NCBI GenBank assembly: GCA_973851085.1
Contig: OZ316775.1
Location: 9,424,001-9,488,000 of the forward strand
Direction: 5' to 3'
Source: Ptychomitrium polyphyllum
Taxonomy: Eukaryota
DNA length: 64,000 nt
Shown here piece by piece: positions 51,301 through 64,000 of this stretch. Each line of letters opens with the position of its first letter. Position 1 is the first letter of the stretch. The notes below the pieces were generated by a model. It was not told the origin of the DNA. It ran no database searches and saw only the letters and a program-made list of their open reading frames with translations. A program made the translations under genes and the position numbers.

Positions 51301-54300
51301 ATGCTCTTTTAGCATTATATCGAAATTTATCTACAAAAGCCTGTAGCATAAAAGTTGGAAATAGTTTAGTACACATTATCCAAAAAATATGTACATGAAA
51401 AACAGCCATGAACCAAAGATATGTACCGGAAGAAAATTAGAGCTTGAAATTGGTTTAAGCTAGAGTCAATTGCATGCATTCGCTTCATAGTTGAGGTATT
51501 CGATGCACCGTAATAGAAAGACGTTGATTCAAACGAGATTGTATTGTTAAACGTACTTGAATGTGACCACGAGTTCGCTCATTTGCCTCATGTGCTTTCT
51601 GCTGATTTCGAATGCGCTCATCACGAGTTCGTTCAAATGTATCATAGTCACCCTTGTAGGTCACTATTTTCTGGTTTTGAAGGTGAAGAATATCTGTAAC
51701 GACCTGCAACGAAGAACACGATTTACCAATTACCAACTCCCCAATATACAATAAAATTATGGTGGACAAATGTTTGACAAGCATAAAGAGAGGTATAAAG
51801 AACGAGAATTTGAACGTAAGCGATATATATAATTTACAAGCACAAGTTGAAGAGAAGGAATCAATTCTGAAACTAAAATCTATACAAAACTGGACTACAG
51901 GTAGGAAACAGTCCAAAATTCTATAAAGCTGTACTTACCGAATTTAAGAATTCACGGGCGTGTGACACAACTATCAGTGTTTTAGGCCACTTCACTAAAT
52001 AAGTCTCCAACCATAAAACCGCATGTAGATCCAAGTGGTTCTGCACAGCCAACCGTGTAACAATTAGCCAGATGTGTCAAACCAGTACATGATTTAGAGA
52101 TGTCCTCCCAACCAAGTGGAAGAAAAGATTTGAACCAACATAAACCTAGTAAACTAATTTCTGATAATAAGATGTTTCTGGTAAGCTACATGCAGTACAC
52201 ATACAACAATATCGACAGCCATGTGAAGCAAGGCAGCCATCACACAACAGAGGGTGCCAGCAACATGTAAGCATACCGTAGGTTCATCAAGAAGTAGCAA
52301 ATCAGGTTCAATAAATAAAGCCCGAGCCAACGCTACCCTCATACGCCAACCCCCTGAAAACGTTTTAGTTTTCCTCTGCTGCATCTCTGATGTGAAACTC
52401 AAGCCCTGCATAAGCAGTTATATACCTTAGACACACGCATTGGTGCTCAACCTATACTCTTCTGTAGAGCATACTGATGATGCGGTTGCCACAAACTACT
52501 GCAGATAATTCCATTACTGGTCTAAAATATCACTACCCTTCATTAGTGGTGCCAAAAACCCAACAAAAGCAGATTATACTTACAGCAAGAATAGCTGCAG
52601 CACGGGCTTCTGCAGAATATGCATCAATTAGTTCTAATCTCTTGTAAATTTGTGCAAGCCTGGCAGACACAGGATCTTGTGTCTCTTCCTTCGCTTCCCC
52701 TGCCTTGACGAAGTTTCCATTGGCCTTCACCAATGAAACTTCCCCAGCAGTTGATGTTCCTTTCTGCGATACAGAAGCCTCCGTCATATAAGTTCATGGC
52801 TGAATTCATCCAGTCAGAGAATAAGTATGCGAAAGACAAGACCATAAAAAAACATAGAAGAAACAAGCAGTAGACCTGCTGGGCTAACTGAGCCTCCTCT
52901 TCCATGAGCTGCTTGCGCTCCAAATCTGAGTCCAGGACACACTGAAGAACTGTTGTGTCATCACCCACCACCTCTTGCTCCACATGCAGAATCTGGCAAT
53001 TACGTGGAATACCGTCTATAGCATGCATCGCCATGTGCTTCAACAGCGTGGTCTTTCCTGTCCCGTTTCTACCCACAAGACCTGCTCCCATTATACAAAT
53101 ACGGTATAAGTTTGGGAACACTGCAAATAAAGAACCATCTGTGACTTGCAAGCCCTATTTAAGTCTAAATTGACCGGCGAATTAAGAAAGAATACAGACT
53201 GTATAAAGCAGATCACTGATATTTACCATAGCGCCTTCCATGAGCAAGGGTAACTGTAGCTTCATTGATAAGCTCACGGCCTCCCATGGAGATGCTGAAG
53301 TTATCCATCCGTATATCTTTAGCCACAGTTCCTTCACCAACACCACCATGATTTACCATGACAGCTGGCATGCCTACATTAGCTGCTTCTGCAGCAGCCA
53401 CATGCGCCTCATAATCGGCCTGTTTCAACATCAAAGGCCGTGTAAGATGCGATTGCCTCTCACACTATCGCAAAAATTTGCTGAAATCAGGAAATGTAAG
53501 TGTCGCAGCAAATAGAGCTTTAATACCAAACAAATTACAACTCATTACATTCAGCTTCATTAAGGGTTCTGCATTTTCACGACCTAGGGCACTCTAGCAA
53601 AATACACTATTAGTAATAAACGGTACCTGACGCTGACGCTCCTCTTTCCTCCTGCGTCGCTCAATCTTAGCCAAGTCTCTTTCTGAAATTTGTGGCAGTG
53701 ATTGTGGATCCTCAGGTCTTACTGAGGGTTCAGTGCCTGACATTCCATCTGACATACGAACAGGTGCAGCCATTTTCCGGAAGCTCTCTTGTGATTTATC
53801 ACCTCCTCGAGCACCAAAGCGACCTGCTAGTGTAGCGCAGACCTGCCGTATAAAATTTGATTAATAATAGCTGCACGCGTCCAAAGAAATCATGGCAAGG
53901 AAATGCGCTATCTTCAATGTCCTTCTGTCACTAGAAATTTGAGGAGCTAGAAGAAAACTGCATTTCCAAACCCATAACTAATCAAAAATCGACTACGTTA
54001 TTAACATTGATCGATAAACAAACTACATCTTTTCAACGTAATCAATTGTAATGACCAAAGGTCTTCAAAGACTGAAATGAAAATTCAGGGCTATAAACAG
54101 GAAGCTATTGTTTTCCAGCAGTTCTCAAACTAGTTTTGACAACACAGTGGCGTAGGGACCATCTCAGACACATAGTAATCCCAAGTATACCCCTGCATTA
54201 ACGATATCGCTAGCGAAATTGCCTATTCCAATGATTTCAGTTGAATAGTTAACGTAAAACCTAACTGATAAGATTAAAGCTTAAACACGAAACTCGGAGA

Positions 54301-54656
54301 ATCACCAAAAGCGCGCAATTTTCAGCGAGAAACAGCAACCAATCAGACAGAAACCAAAATTCGCAACACCTGCAACACAGAATTCCCGAATAATGCAACC
54401 CGAACTCAAGACCATAAACCCCTGAGCAATTCCTCACCGCTCGCGCTGCTTTGTCGTCATCGACGAGCTCCGCAGCGACCAAGAACGGGCCAACCGCATC
54501 GTACGCCTCCTTCCCTTCGTATCCGAAATCGAAGGTCTCGTCCTTGAGAACATTCACTAAGTAGTCCAGAATGATAGGATCCACATCCTTGGTCCGATCT
54601 CCCAGCACCTCGTAGAACCCCTGCTCCACGCTCACATCGGCCCCCGCGGCCACCAT
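48311..54656 (-). CDS. ABCF3: ABC transporter F family member 3 (GCN20-like), 18 exons
   Basis: Two ABC domains with no TM segments: [77 protein letters not shown]. Stop TAA at 48311. Confidence 0.96.
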
Positions 54657-55100
54657 TATGACTCCCTCACCTCGCCTCCAAACCCTGGCTCCTCACTTCG
54701 AACCCTAACCCCTAGCTCCCCACAGCTGGAAACTCAAGACGTCAATTTTATCAATGCAAAAAGAGCATCAACGAAGCCGGTGAGGCAGATACTACTCAAC
54801 GGCCGCCACGAGAGCATCGTGATGTAGTCTGGTACACAAGAGAAAAGAACGCTCCACCGAAGTGCTCGGTGTCCCTTGGCTATGGCGTCTGCCGAGAAGA
54901 TTTCTCTGCAACTGCAGAAGCTCTCACAGTGGAGCCTCACGCAGTTTTCTCTGTCGTCTTCACGACCGATACCTATGTGATACTCGGTTTATACCTCGAT
55001 AATACTGTCACGAAACCCTTAAATACTCGGGTAGGGTATCATAAAGTTGCTGTAGCGTTTTGAAAATCCTGTGGATTGACCAAAGCAGCGAAAGCGTGAG

Positions 55101-55109
55101 TTAGGGTTT
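55101..55109 (-). promoter_or_regulatory. Telo-box (AAACCCTAA) upstream of ABCF3
   Basis: TTAGGGTTT on the + strand about 450 bp upstream of the ATG. Telo-boxes are typical of plant translation-related genes. AAACCCTAA also occurs near 31778 and 61668. Confidence 0.4.
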
Positions 55110-55199
55110 GAAGTGCCGGCACGAAGATATGTGGTATTCCAGCTGTATCTAGGAATTCCTTGAATTTGCTATAGCTTTTCATTTGATGGCTAGAAACAA

Positions 55200-56000
55200 G
55201 ACATATTAAGGATTTGTTTCAAAACTTGTATTTGGCAAGACTAAAGTGCATCTCATTTTGCCTTATATTTATTCTATTACATCATATTTATAAAATGAGA
55301 GTCTTTTTATACAACAATAAAGTTATATATAGAAGATTTTAAGATCTATAAAAATCTATGCAAGATTCTTAAATCTATAGAAGATTCTTAGATTAATATA
55401 TAAGGTTCATTGACCATTGGATAATACTAAATGTATAGAAGTTTATGGATTTATTTTTAACATTTATATATTCATGATAGCATGTTACAAAATTGTTGTT
55501 GTATAATTAAAAAGACCATGTAGTATATGATTGTAATATCATTTGAAATCGAAAGATATCATATATAGCATTCTATAAAGTAATTAAATCATTCTACTAA
55601 TGAAAATAACATTCTTGTTCAATTTTATAAGTATTTTAAATTGATTATTAACAATTTTAGTCATTCAATAGTATACACAAATGTGTTTAGAACAAACTTT
55701 AAATACTATGGTAGAAATATATTTTCTATAATTATTAGACTCATATATAAAATGCATTTAAAATTTAATTTTACATAGATTGATTTCACATAGTTTATAT
55801 TTGTTTTTTGCCACCAACTTTTTTAGGTTTGTTTGGTATAAAAATGTGGATGGATGTTCCTTGTGGATTGAAGCAAGGCAATGAAAGTCTAAATCAAGGT
55901 GTAAAGTGGAATCCTACTTTAACAAAGAATAAGGATTTGAATCCTATATAAAGCTATATCTACAAATTTTTACTAAATTTTTACTAAATTTTGTTTTGTA
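55200..56000. other. AT-rich intergenic block
   Basis: Composition only. Confidence 0.35.
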
Positions 56001-57147
56001 AAACTAAGAGGGAGAAGCAAGACTTTGGAGGTTTTGTCAATTATCTCTAGCTGTTAACCTACACCTCGCCATCACCAATTTTCACCACCAATTTTCACCA
56101 AATCAACCTTCAACATGATTTTAACTTTTCACTCACCCTTGTCCTTGCTAGCAGTTTGGTTGGCCAAGGAGTGTGACCAGTGTGGTAGTAGATGGATTAC
56201 GTCTTTTTGGTCTCATAACCTTTTTCAGAAAGTTCCTTTCAAACACCCTCGAAAATTGGAAAGGTTAGATGTAAATATACACAAAGGTATCATTCTATTA
56301 GTCAAAAGTGAAAACGAAGCTCGTATATGCACCTAAATCATAAATTTAGACTACCATATGCATTTTCGTATGCATATTTCGTTTTCCACGTTTTTAAAGA
56401 GGTGCTCATACCTGTGAAGAATATTAGCCAACCTACAAACCCTTCATCTGTGAAATTTTGTAGGCATTTTCAATTTTACTAAAATTATTAAAAAATGATA
56501 ATACAAGTTTCTTCAGGTAACAGCCGCTCAGCTTGGTGTGTCCCTCAGAACTGAATAACTGAAAACCCAAGGTTCACGTAGGTCAGAGATTAGAAGGGCC
56601 AGAAAAGGCTACCTAGACCTACTACGAACCTTTAGAAACAGTTTATACTGTCCCAGAACTAAGCAAGTTACAGTTCACCCACTTATGCTTGGTGACGACC
56701 TATACGGCCACTAAAGATTCGAAGAACAGCAGAGAATGAACTCATAACAATATACAGATGAGTACCTCAAGTATGAACCAATACCTCCTGTTCACTTCCA
56801 GTTGAGTTTTCTATCCACCTCAAAATTTGAGCCAGCTCTCTGACAAAGAATTCAAGTTTCTTCTATGGCTAATGAAAGAAAAATATCCGTTTCAACCCCT
56901 CATTCACCCCTCATCTCGCTCCACAACATCTCCTACTAGAATGTCTAGAGCACACCCCAAGAAAAGGGAAGGTTGCAGTGGAAGCAACACTCGTGTAACC
57001 AGCATACCACCTATTGCTTAACATCTCCTAACATGCCGATTTAGGAAGACTGTAATAAATAACATCTTGGTGTTGCTATCTATATGGGGAAAACTTCCTG
57101 GTAAGGCAGATGCCAGGATGGCAGATGGCATATATTTTAACTTTGAT

Positions 57148-60100
57148 CTATTCCGGGATCATTTGCTCACTATCAACATCTTCCCCAGTTGATGTTACGG
57201 GCTGCTTGGGTGCAGCTCCAGGAGCCTGCTTCTTCTTAATACCACTTACAATGTCATCAATTCTCAATAGCATGGAAGCAGCTTCTATTGCTGTTTTGAA
57301 AGTCTGTAACTTCACTCCAAATGAGTCCCACACCTGCTTAGCCACAACAAATCAATTCACTTAAAAACTGTAATCATGTAAAAATTCAAAAGTGAATATC
57401 GTAGGAATCCCTACTAATTCTTCATTACAGAATGTGACCTGACCTAATGCAAAACTTACCAAGACCCCATTTGTGTAAAATAAGCAAGATAAGAAAATTT
57501 GAAGATACGTTTACTTACTCCAAGCACTTTCATGTCGGTGATTTCTCCAGTGTTGCCATCAATACCGATCATAGGATTTTCACCATTGGCATGCTGCAAA
57601 CAACGTCAGACGCATAATTATACAAAACTCCTGACTAATTAAAAAAGGGGACACCCTCAGTTTCTATTTTCAAACGAAAGAGGAGACAGAAACTGAACCA
57701 TACAAAACAAGAAGCGGGAGGATTTAACAAGATTTACATTGAATCATAGACTGAATATAGAGAGCAAACCTTGGCTTGAAGGGCAGTCATGGTCCGAATT
57801 ACATTAACACCACAGTTTTGAGCTAGAGTTCGAGGAATAACTTCAAGAGCTTGCACCACTGCCCTATATGGCCACTGCCATCAACCACGTAATTTACGAA
57901 CCAGAGTTTTCAGAGCACTTGAATAAGTAATACATCTCCCTAACGTCTCTGATCACTCTTCAGGAGAAAAAATGGGACAATATTTACGTTGGTGACATTA
58001 CCACATTCAAGATATGAAACCAGGACAGCTAATAATAGCACAACAAGAGCAACAATTATCATCTGTACATTCTTTCACCAATGTTAAAACATCCTCACAC
58101 ACAATGACAAACCTGTTCGACACCTTCAATTGACATACTCTTTTTCTTCAATATGGCTGCAACAGCCATTTCTGAAGCTCCGCCACCTGGAACCAATTTT
58201 GCATCCTTGATGACATTACGAGCTACCCCCATGGCATCCTGGCATATCCGTCCAAACCAAATCAATATTGTCTATCAACATAAGCAGGTTACAACCCCAC
58301 AAGTCACTCAAAGAAAGCCACCTCAATATTATGCCAAAGAACCAGACGGTAAGAATCCAGTACTAATGAACGAGAATAAGAATTAATTTAACCAACCAAC
58401 GACGACAGGAGGCTAGGAACCATCATCTCACCGCCAAGTTACGCTCCACCTCATTCAGAAGATCCTTGCTGGGTCCTCTCAACAAGACTGTGCAAGCTTT
58501 TGGATCCTTGCACTCAACAATAAAAGAGAAGTATTCGTCCCCTATCTTTTTAACCTCAAAAAGGCCACAACCAGTACCAACGTCACTCTCCTGCAGCTCT
58601 TCTGGCCGATTCACAATGGTGGCCCCAGAAGCACGGGCGATACGGTTGTTGTCAGTCTTCCTTAATCTGCGAATTGCGCTAATGCCCGCCTTGCTAAGAT
58701 AATGTGAGGCCAGGTCACTCAATCCTTTCTCGGTAATCACCAAATCGGGTTTAAATTTAATTATCTGAACACACAACTGCTCTATATGTTCTTCCTCCAT
58801 TCGCAGTAGAGTAGCCCTGCAAATCAGAATATGCACAAACAAGATCTTTGATACGAAGTAACAATGATAAAGCAGCCGAATTGCCAATACATAGCAGTGA
58901 TCTAAACAATCTACAAAAACACTCGCAACCCATAGGATGTATCTGAAATTCAAGCGCCAGCTTACAATCAGATATCATAGATAAGGCATAATATCAAAGC
59001 CGAAGTTATATCCTGAATTAAGCAAGTAACCAAGGTCAAAAACTTTGGCAAATGACGAGTACAACAAATATCCAAAACAGACCTGCAGGTTATAAGCCCA
59101 TTAATCAGGTTCAAAATATGACTTTACCAATCCTCTTCTTTCATGATCTCTGCATTCGTCTGGTTTTCACCCTTCTTGTACTCCAGTGGACAATCCAGAA
59201 GTATGATACGAGGGTTAACAATCTTCCGTCGCATTTTTCCTGGGGAAACCACATCCTTGTTAAACATGACTCCTGTTAGCACTTTTGAATCTTCCAACTG
59301 TCCTCCTGGGATCTTTTCCGTCTTGATGTACTTCTTGATGTCAACCTCTCGAAGACCGTTCCCTAAGTCAACGGATATAGTAGCAACTGAATCAATCGCC
59401 AAGTCCTGCATTAAAAGACTTATTTATATAAATATCTGTATGCGAATTAAATTCAGTAAGGTAACGTCACTGCCGCCAATATTGTCCAGCATGTCCATAA
59501 CAGAGACAATAACAGCAGCACAAATGTAAGAAAAAAATATACAAAACTTTACCAAACTAATCAGGCTTAACCTAACTCACAAATTCCTACATTTCCGGAT
59601 ACGGTATAAGGATTTACAGCAATGAGGGTTCCAAAACGACTTGTGAACTTTGTGCCGATACAACTTCGCACAATATTCAGCATCATTGCACCTGCACAGA
59701 AGGCAAACAAGTCCTTTGAAACTAGATTTCGCAAAAAAATCAGGGGCGAAATTAAGTTTTAAATCTTTCTAAAGAGAAGTTGCGAAATCCTACTACTTTG
59801 AATGTTTGAAACAGTTACGAACAAGCAAAGGCACTTGAAAAAAATCGAAGATAGAAGAATAAAATATTTAAAAATTGAGCATAAATGAAGAAGGGTCTTG
59901 TAGTTTTTGAGGCCAAACAACTCTTGGCCGTGCAACCACATTTAAAGAAGAAATAGAATAGGCCAGAAGGAACTCACGATCTGTTATATCGATATCAAAG
60001 GAGATCTCCTTCAGTGCGGCAACTGCATCGTCCAGGGCCTTTGCATACGCTACAAGCACGGGGCACAGAGCAAGGTTAATTCCGAACATTGAAGTTGTAG

Positions 60101-61802
60101 CCACTTGAAAGGTACAGAACAGTTCCGTTCGGTGCTTTTATTAATAACTGAAGACCTACACTATTATCAGACATTCAGTCTTCACAATGTCTGGAAAGGA
60201 ATGATATTATGGGATTCATATCACAGATACACTCTCCACATCGTGACTAAAATTCCCAGTAATTCCATGCCAGACAGTTATTCTCTACAACTGTTGATTG
60301 TTGAGTGTAACGGGTATCCAAAAAGAAGAAGAGGAATATAAATGTATCAACCTCGGCATATGACAGTGGGGTGGAACTGCCTGTCAAGAAACTGCTCGGC
60401 AACATAAAGCATCTCGCCAGCTGCAAAAAGCCAAGTTGCATCAAGGTCAAAACTCGAAATAAATAACCTAGCAGGTGCGAAGCATATGATATACTTCAAT
60501 GTATGCCAACAAAAATAAAATCCAGGATATAATCATCTTGACCAAATTTATACAGAACCTCTTCAAGCACTTTCAAAGTCCCACAACATGTCTATTCAGA
60601 AAGTGATGTGACCATTCACAGGAAACAGCGACTCCACAGGCATACACATTTATGAAATTTTCAGACGACTGTTAAAAGCAATAGAACTAAAAGCCTTTTC
60701 TAAAACGAGAACGAAGTCTGTCGTGATCAATTTGTGCACTGCTCAAATAGAAGTTGAGAAAGCCACCTAGAATGATAACTGACGTAGTTCCATCACCAAC
60801 CTCTTCATCTTGCGTACGACTGAGCTCTATCATTGACTGCAGACATCGAGCAAAAGTTATTAATATTAATTACAAAACGCAGTATAAAACTAAATTGATT
60901 TAGTATACTGAATCTAGGACTTCACCACACTCATTACGATAATGTGCAAAATTAAAATCCCATGTCCCTCGTAGCTGACCTTTGCAGCTGGATGAGAGAC
61001 ATCAAGCTCTCTTAAGATAGCGTTCCCATCATTGGTGAGTACAATTCCTGTCAAAAGAACAAAACCATCCGTATACGCCTTGTCAAACACTACAGAATGA
61101 GAAAAACATCAGAAGAGTGCCACACTGGCCAATTTCATAGAACATAAACGTGAAATTTCGGTTGAGAATGAGAATTCACTACTTGAATAGGGGAAGTACC
61201 TCCACTAGCATCAAGCAGCATCTTAAGCATTGACCTAGGTCCCAATGTCGTTCGAATGACATCTGCTACAGCCTGCGTAACAAATAAATAATGAACAAAA
61301 AAAACACCAGACCGGAAATTTCCAGATTGCAAAGCAGGACGATAATTTTCGACATACACATGCCCATTCGGTCTGACATCAAACATGGAAAGCTCTTTCA
61401 AAAGCACCGAAGGTCTTGCAGTCAAATCATTGAAATAACACCAGAACCACAGGCAAATTTGCCGAAAAGCACTAGCAAAAGAAAAGATGAACGAACCTTG
61501 GAGGCCTGAATATTAGCCCGATGCACTCGACTTCCAGTCTCCCTCTGCGTAGATTCATCTGCACTCACACCAAACCACCGCCCGTCCCAAACAACACGAT
61601 CATTCATCGCAAGAACGTCAGAGCATCGGATCACCGCAATGCAACAAGATGAGAATGCACTCGTATGAAACCCTAAGGTACTAACCGCGCAATTTGACTC
61701 CCGAGCCAAAACCCAGAACCTCGAAAAGAAACAACACATGAAGTGTAGAGATGAGTGTGGAGAGTGTAACGACGTACTGAGGACCAGCACGGGGGCCTGC
61801 AT
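57148..61802 (-). CDS. CCT3: T-complex protein 1 subunit gamma (CCT3), 14 exons
   Basis: MQAPVLVL start, RTTLGPRSMLKML, TNDGNAIL, QDEEVGDGTTSV, LEYKKGENQT, VITEKGLSDLA, PGGGASEMA, LLRIDDIVSG. All introns are GT-AG and in phase. Confidence 0.97.
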
Positions 61803-62479
61803 AGTGATCGAGCGATGCGAGAGGGCGATGGAGCCTGCGATCGGGTGCAGCACAAGAGAGTGAGAACGAGAACACAAAGAAGAAGTGCAGTGACGGTGAA
61901 GCTGCAAAAACTATGTTAGGTTTCTCACGGAATCCATAATGGCCTCCACTCCGCGCTTCACAACGGAATAAACGCACGCCGAAAACCGTCGCCGCACCCA
62001 AAACCGCCAAAATCTACCACTAGCTTATGTTTTCTTAACTAAATATACATTTTTTCTTAGATTATCGTTGAAAATTATACAGTGACGGACCGTTACTGAA
62101 TCTGATGATGGCAGCATCTACGCAGTTTGTATGTTTAGGGAGTGAAATGTACGCTCTAGATAAATGTTGTTAGTTGTGGATGCTGCGACAGGTTTTGGAA
62201 TGACCTGTGGTATGTTTTACGTATCAATGAAATTGAGGGTGAAGGAAATTCCAATTGTTGAATAGGGTAGAGGCTGAGCTCCAGTGCATATCGCCCATAC
62301 CTGAAGGTGAGCGATAGGGGTCTTCCTTGAGAATGCGCACGAGGGCAGAGGCTTTAGTTGGCGCAAAGTTGGTCTTTGTAGAGTGCCACGTGTATGGTTT
62401 TACTTGAACCATAGTGCAAAACCTTATAAAACATTTTATAAATGTGATTGCTGTTGTTGTAATATCATACAATGGTTAC

Positions 62480-64000
62480 CTTACATGCCTTACAAGGTTT
62501 GATGTACGAAAGGTGCAATACTCTAATATATGAAGTTGTGAATATCAGTGTAGGATGTGTTAAACTGTGAAAATGAATAAGATCAAAATGTAACATTATA
62601 TTAATGAAATTTTATAAGTAAATACTATAAAAGATAAATGGACAATGGTAGCATAAATACTTAGACTCAAAACTAAAATTTAAGATTATGACTTGGTGTT
62701 TAACTCAAATTTGAGGACGTAGATCATTTTTTATTACATTCTTGACAAAGATAGTTACAATCAAAATTATTTAAAATATAGTAATGAAAGGATTCGGAAA
62801 ATGTAAGCCTCTTAAGTAGTGTAAATGATCATTTTATTCAAATTATAAAACATATAAAGAATGACATGTTTTGATATAACAAACCATTTTTAATATGAAT
62901 ATATTTGTGAAAAAATGAAGAGACAAATATATCATTTAGAATGGCATATTTGAGCAAAATATTTTAAAATTAAAAACCTCAATAATTTCTTATATTACCT
63001 TATATAGTTTCCATAACAAAATTATTATTTATTATGTTGTATATTTTGTGTGTAATTAACAAAGTAGATATGAAACAATTCTTTAAAGATCTTTGTATAA
63101 GTTTTCAACCTTTTATAGAATTTGTAGGAAGATATATTTTGTTTAAAGATTTATGTTTATAAAAAAATTCAAAATAAAATTTTCAAATGTTTATAGAACC
63201 ATTCTATTGAATATTTTTTCTTAAAAGAAATCTTAGAATAACCATAGCAATTAAAGAAGCACTTACATCTACAATATAACCTTATTATAATTTGTTCCAT
63301 TTTTCAATAGAAAATTTAGCCTAAATGTATATTAATTTTTAAACATTACATATTTAGTTAAAATTTGCTAAATCTCAAAAGCAAATTTTAAGACTTTTCT
63401 TTGATTTTTACCTTTTGATTATTTTTAATTACAATTTGAAAAAAAAATAATAAAATAAAATACATACTTTTAATTTTTTTTTGAAAGTTTCATTAATAAT
63501 TAATAATTTTATAATGATACTTATAAAATTAGTATACAAAAAAAACTAAAGTAAGCATGTTATATATTTTTAATTATTTTTAGAAATAAAACATTAATAC
63601 ATTAAAATTCATGGAATCATTTTTAATTTTGATTAATTAATTTTATTTTATAGTTTTTTTATAGCATTAGCATTTATTTACGTTATATAATATAATACAA
63701 CATTAGAATAATTACTTTCAATTGCATAAAATAATAATTATTGATCACCAAACATTTTCTTATAAAAAAAGAATTAATAAATATTATTTGAAACTATACA
63801 AGAATAGATAAAATTGGGATCATTATTTTTGTTTTTCAAAAAATAATGTCATTTTAAATATTTTGAACATTGTCAATTCATTGTTGAATATAATAATATT
63901 TGTAATATTGCATTAGATTTCAAAATTACATATAGAATTCTAAATCAAATACAAGCACTAGATTACATGTAAAATTCATTTGCCTTCAACATGATTCTCC
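62480..64000. mobile_element. Very AT-rich block running off the window end, probably repeat-derived
   Basis: Composition only. Confidence 0.35.

Noticed and set aside
1..64000. CRISPR arrays, rRNA/tRNA genes, intact retrotransposon ORFs
   Set aside because: None recognised by eye; a tRNA or snoRNA could have been missed without covariance-model searches.

Overview
Eukaryotic nuclear DNA from a land plant, most likely a moss or other bryophyte (inferred from plant-type intron-rich genes, a flagellar radial-spoke gene, a moss-type kinase remnant and very AT-rich intergenic blocks). Recognisable genes are GCP2 (-), an RSPH14/RSP8-like ARM protein (+), a very GC-rich plastid PGK (-), an At1g53645-like mitochondrial protein with two embedded PPR motifs (-), a GT14-like/BC10 glycosyltransferase (+), ABCF3/GCN20 (-) and CCT3 (-). 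Three pseudogene fragments are present: a PGK 3' end copy, a protein kinase and an AOR-type oxidoreductase. The most striking structure is an apparently identical 1,457-bp inverted repeat (2306-3762 / 19997-21453) bracketing a 16.2-kb segment that holds the head-to-head GCP2/RSPH14 pair. Its junctions fit a recent staggered-break inversion, and the segment could be re-invertible. The GCP2 N-terminal extension stays in one frame across several exons but carries three in-frame stops. All calls come from manual reading; no database searches were run.
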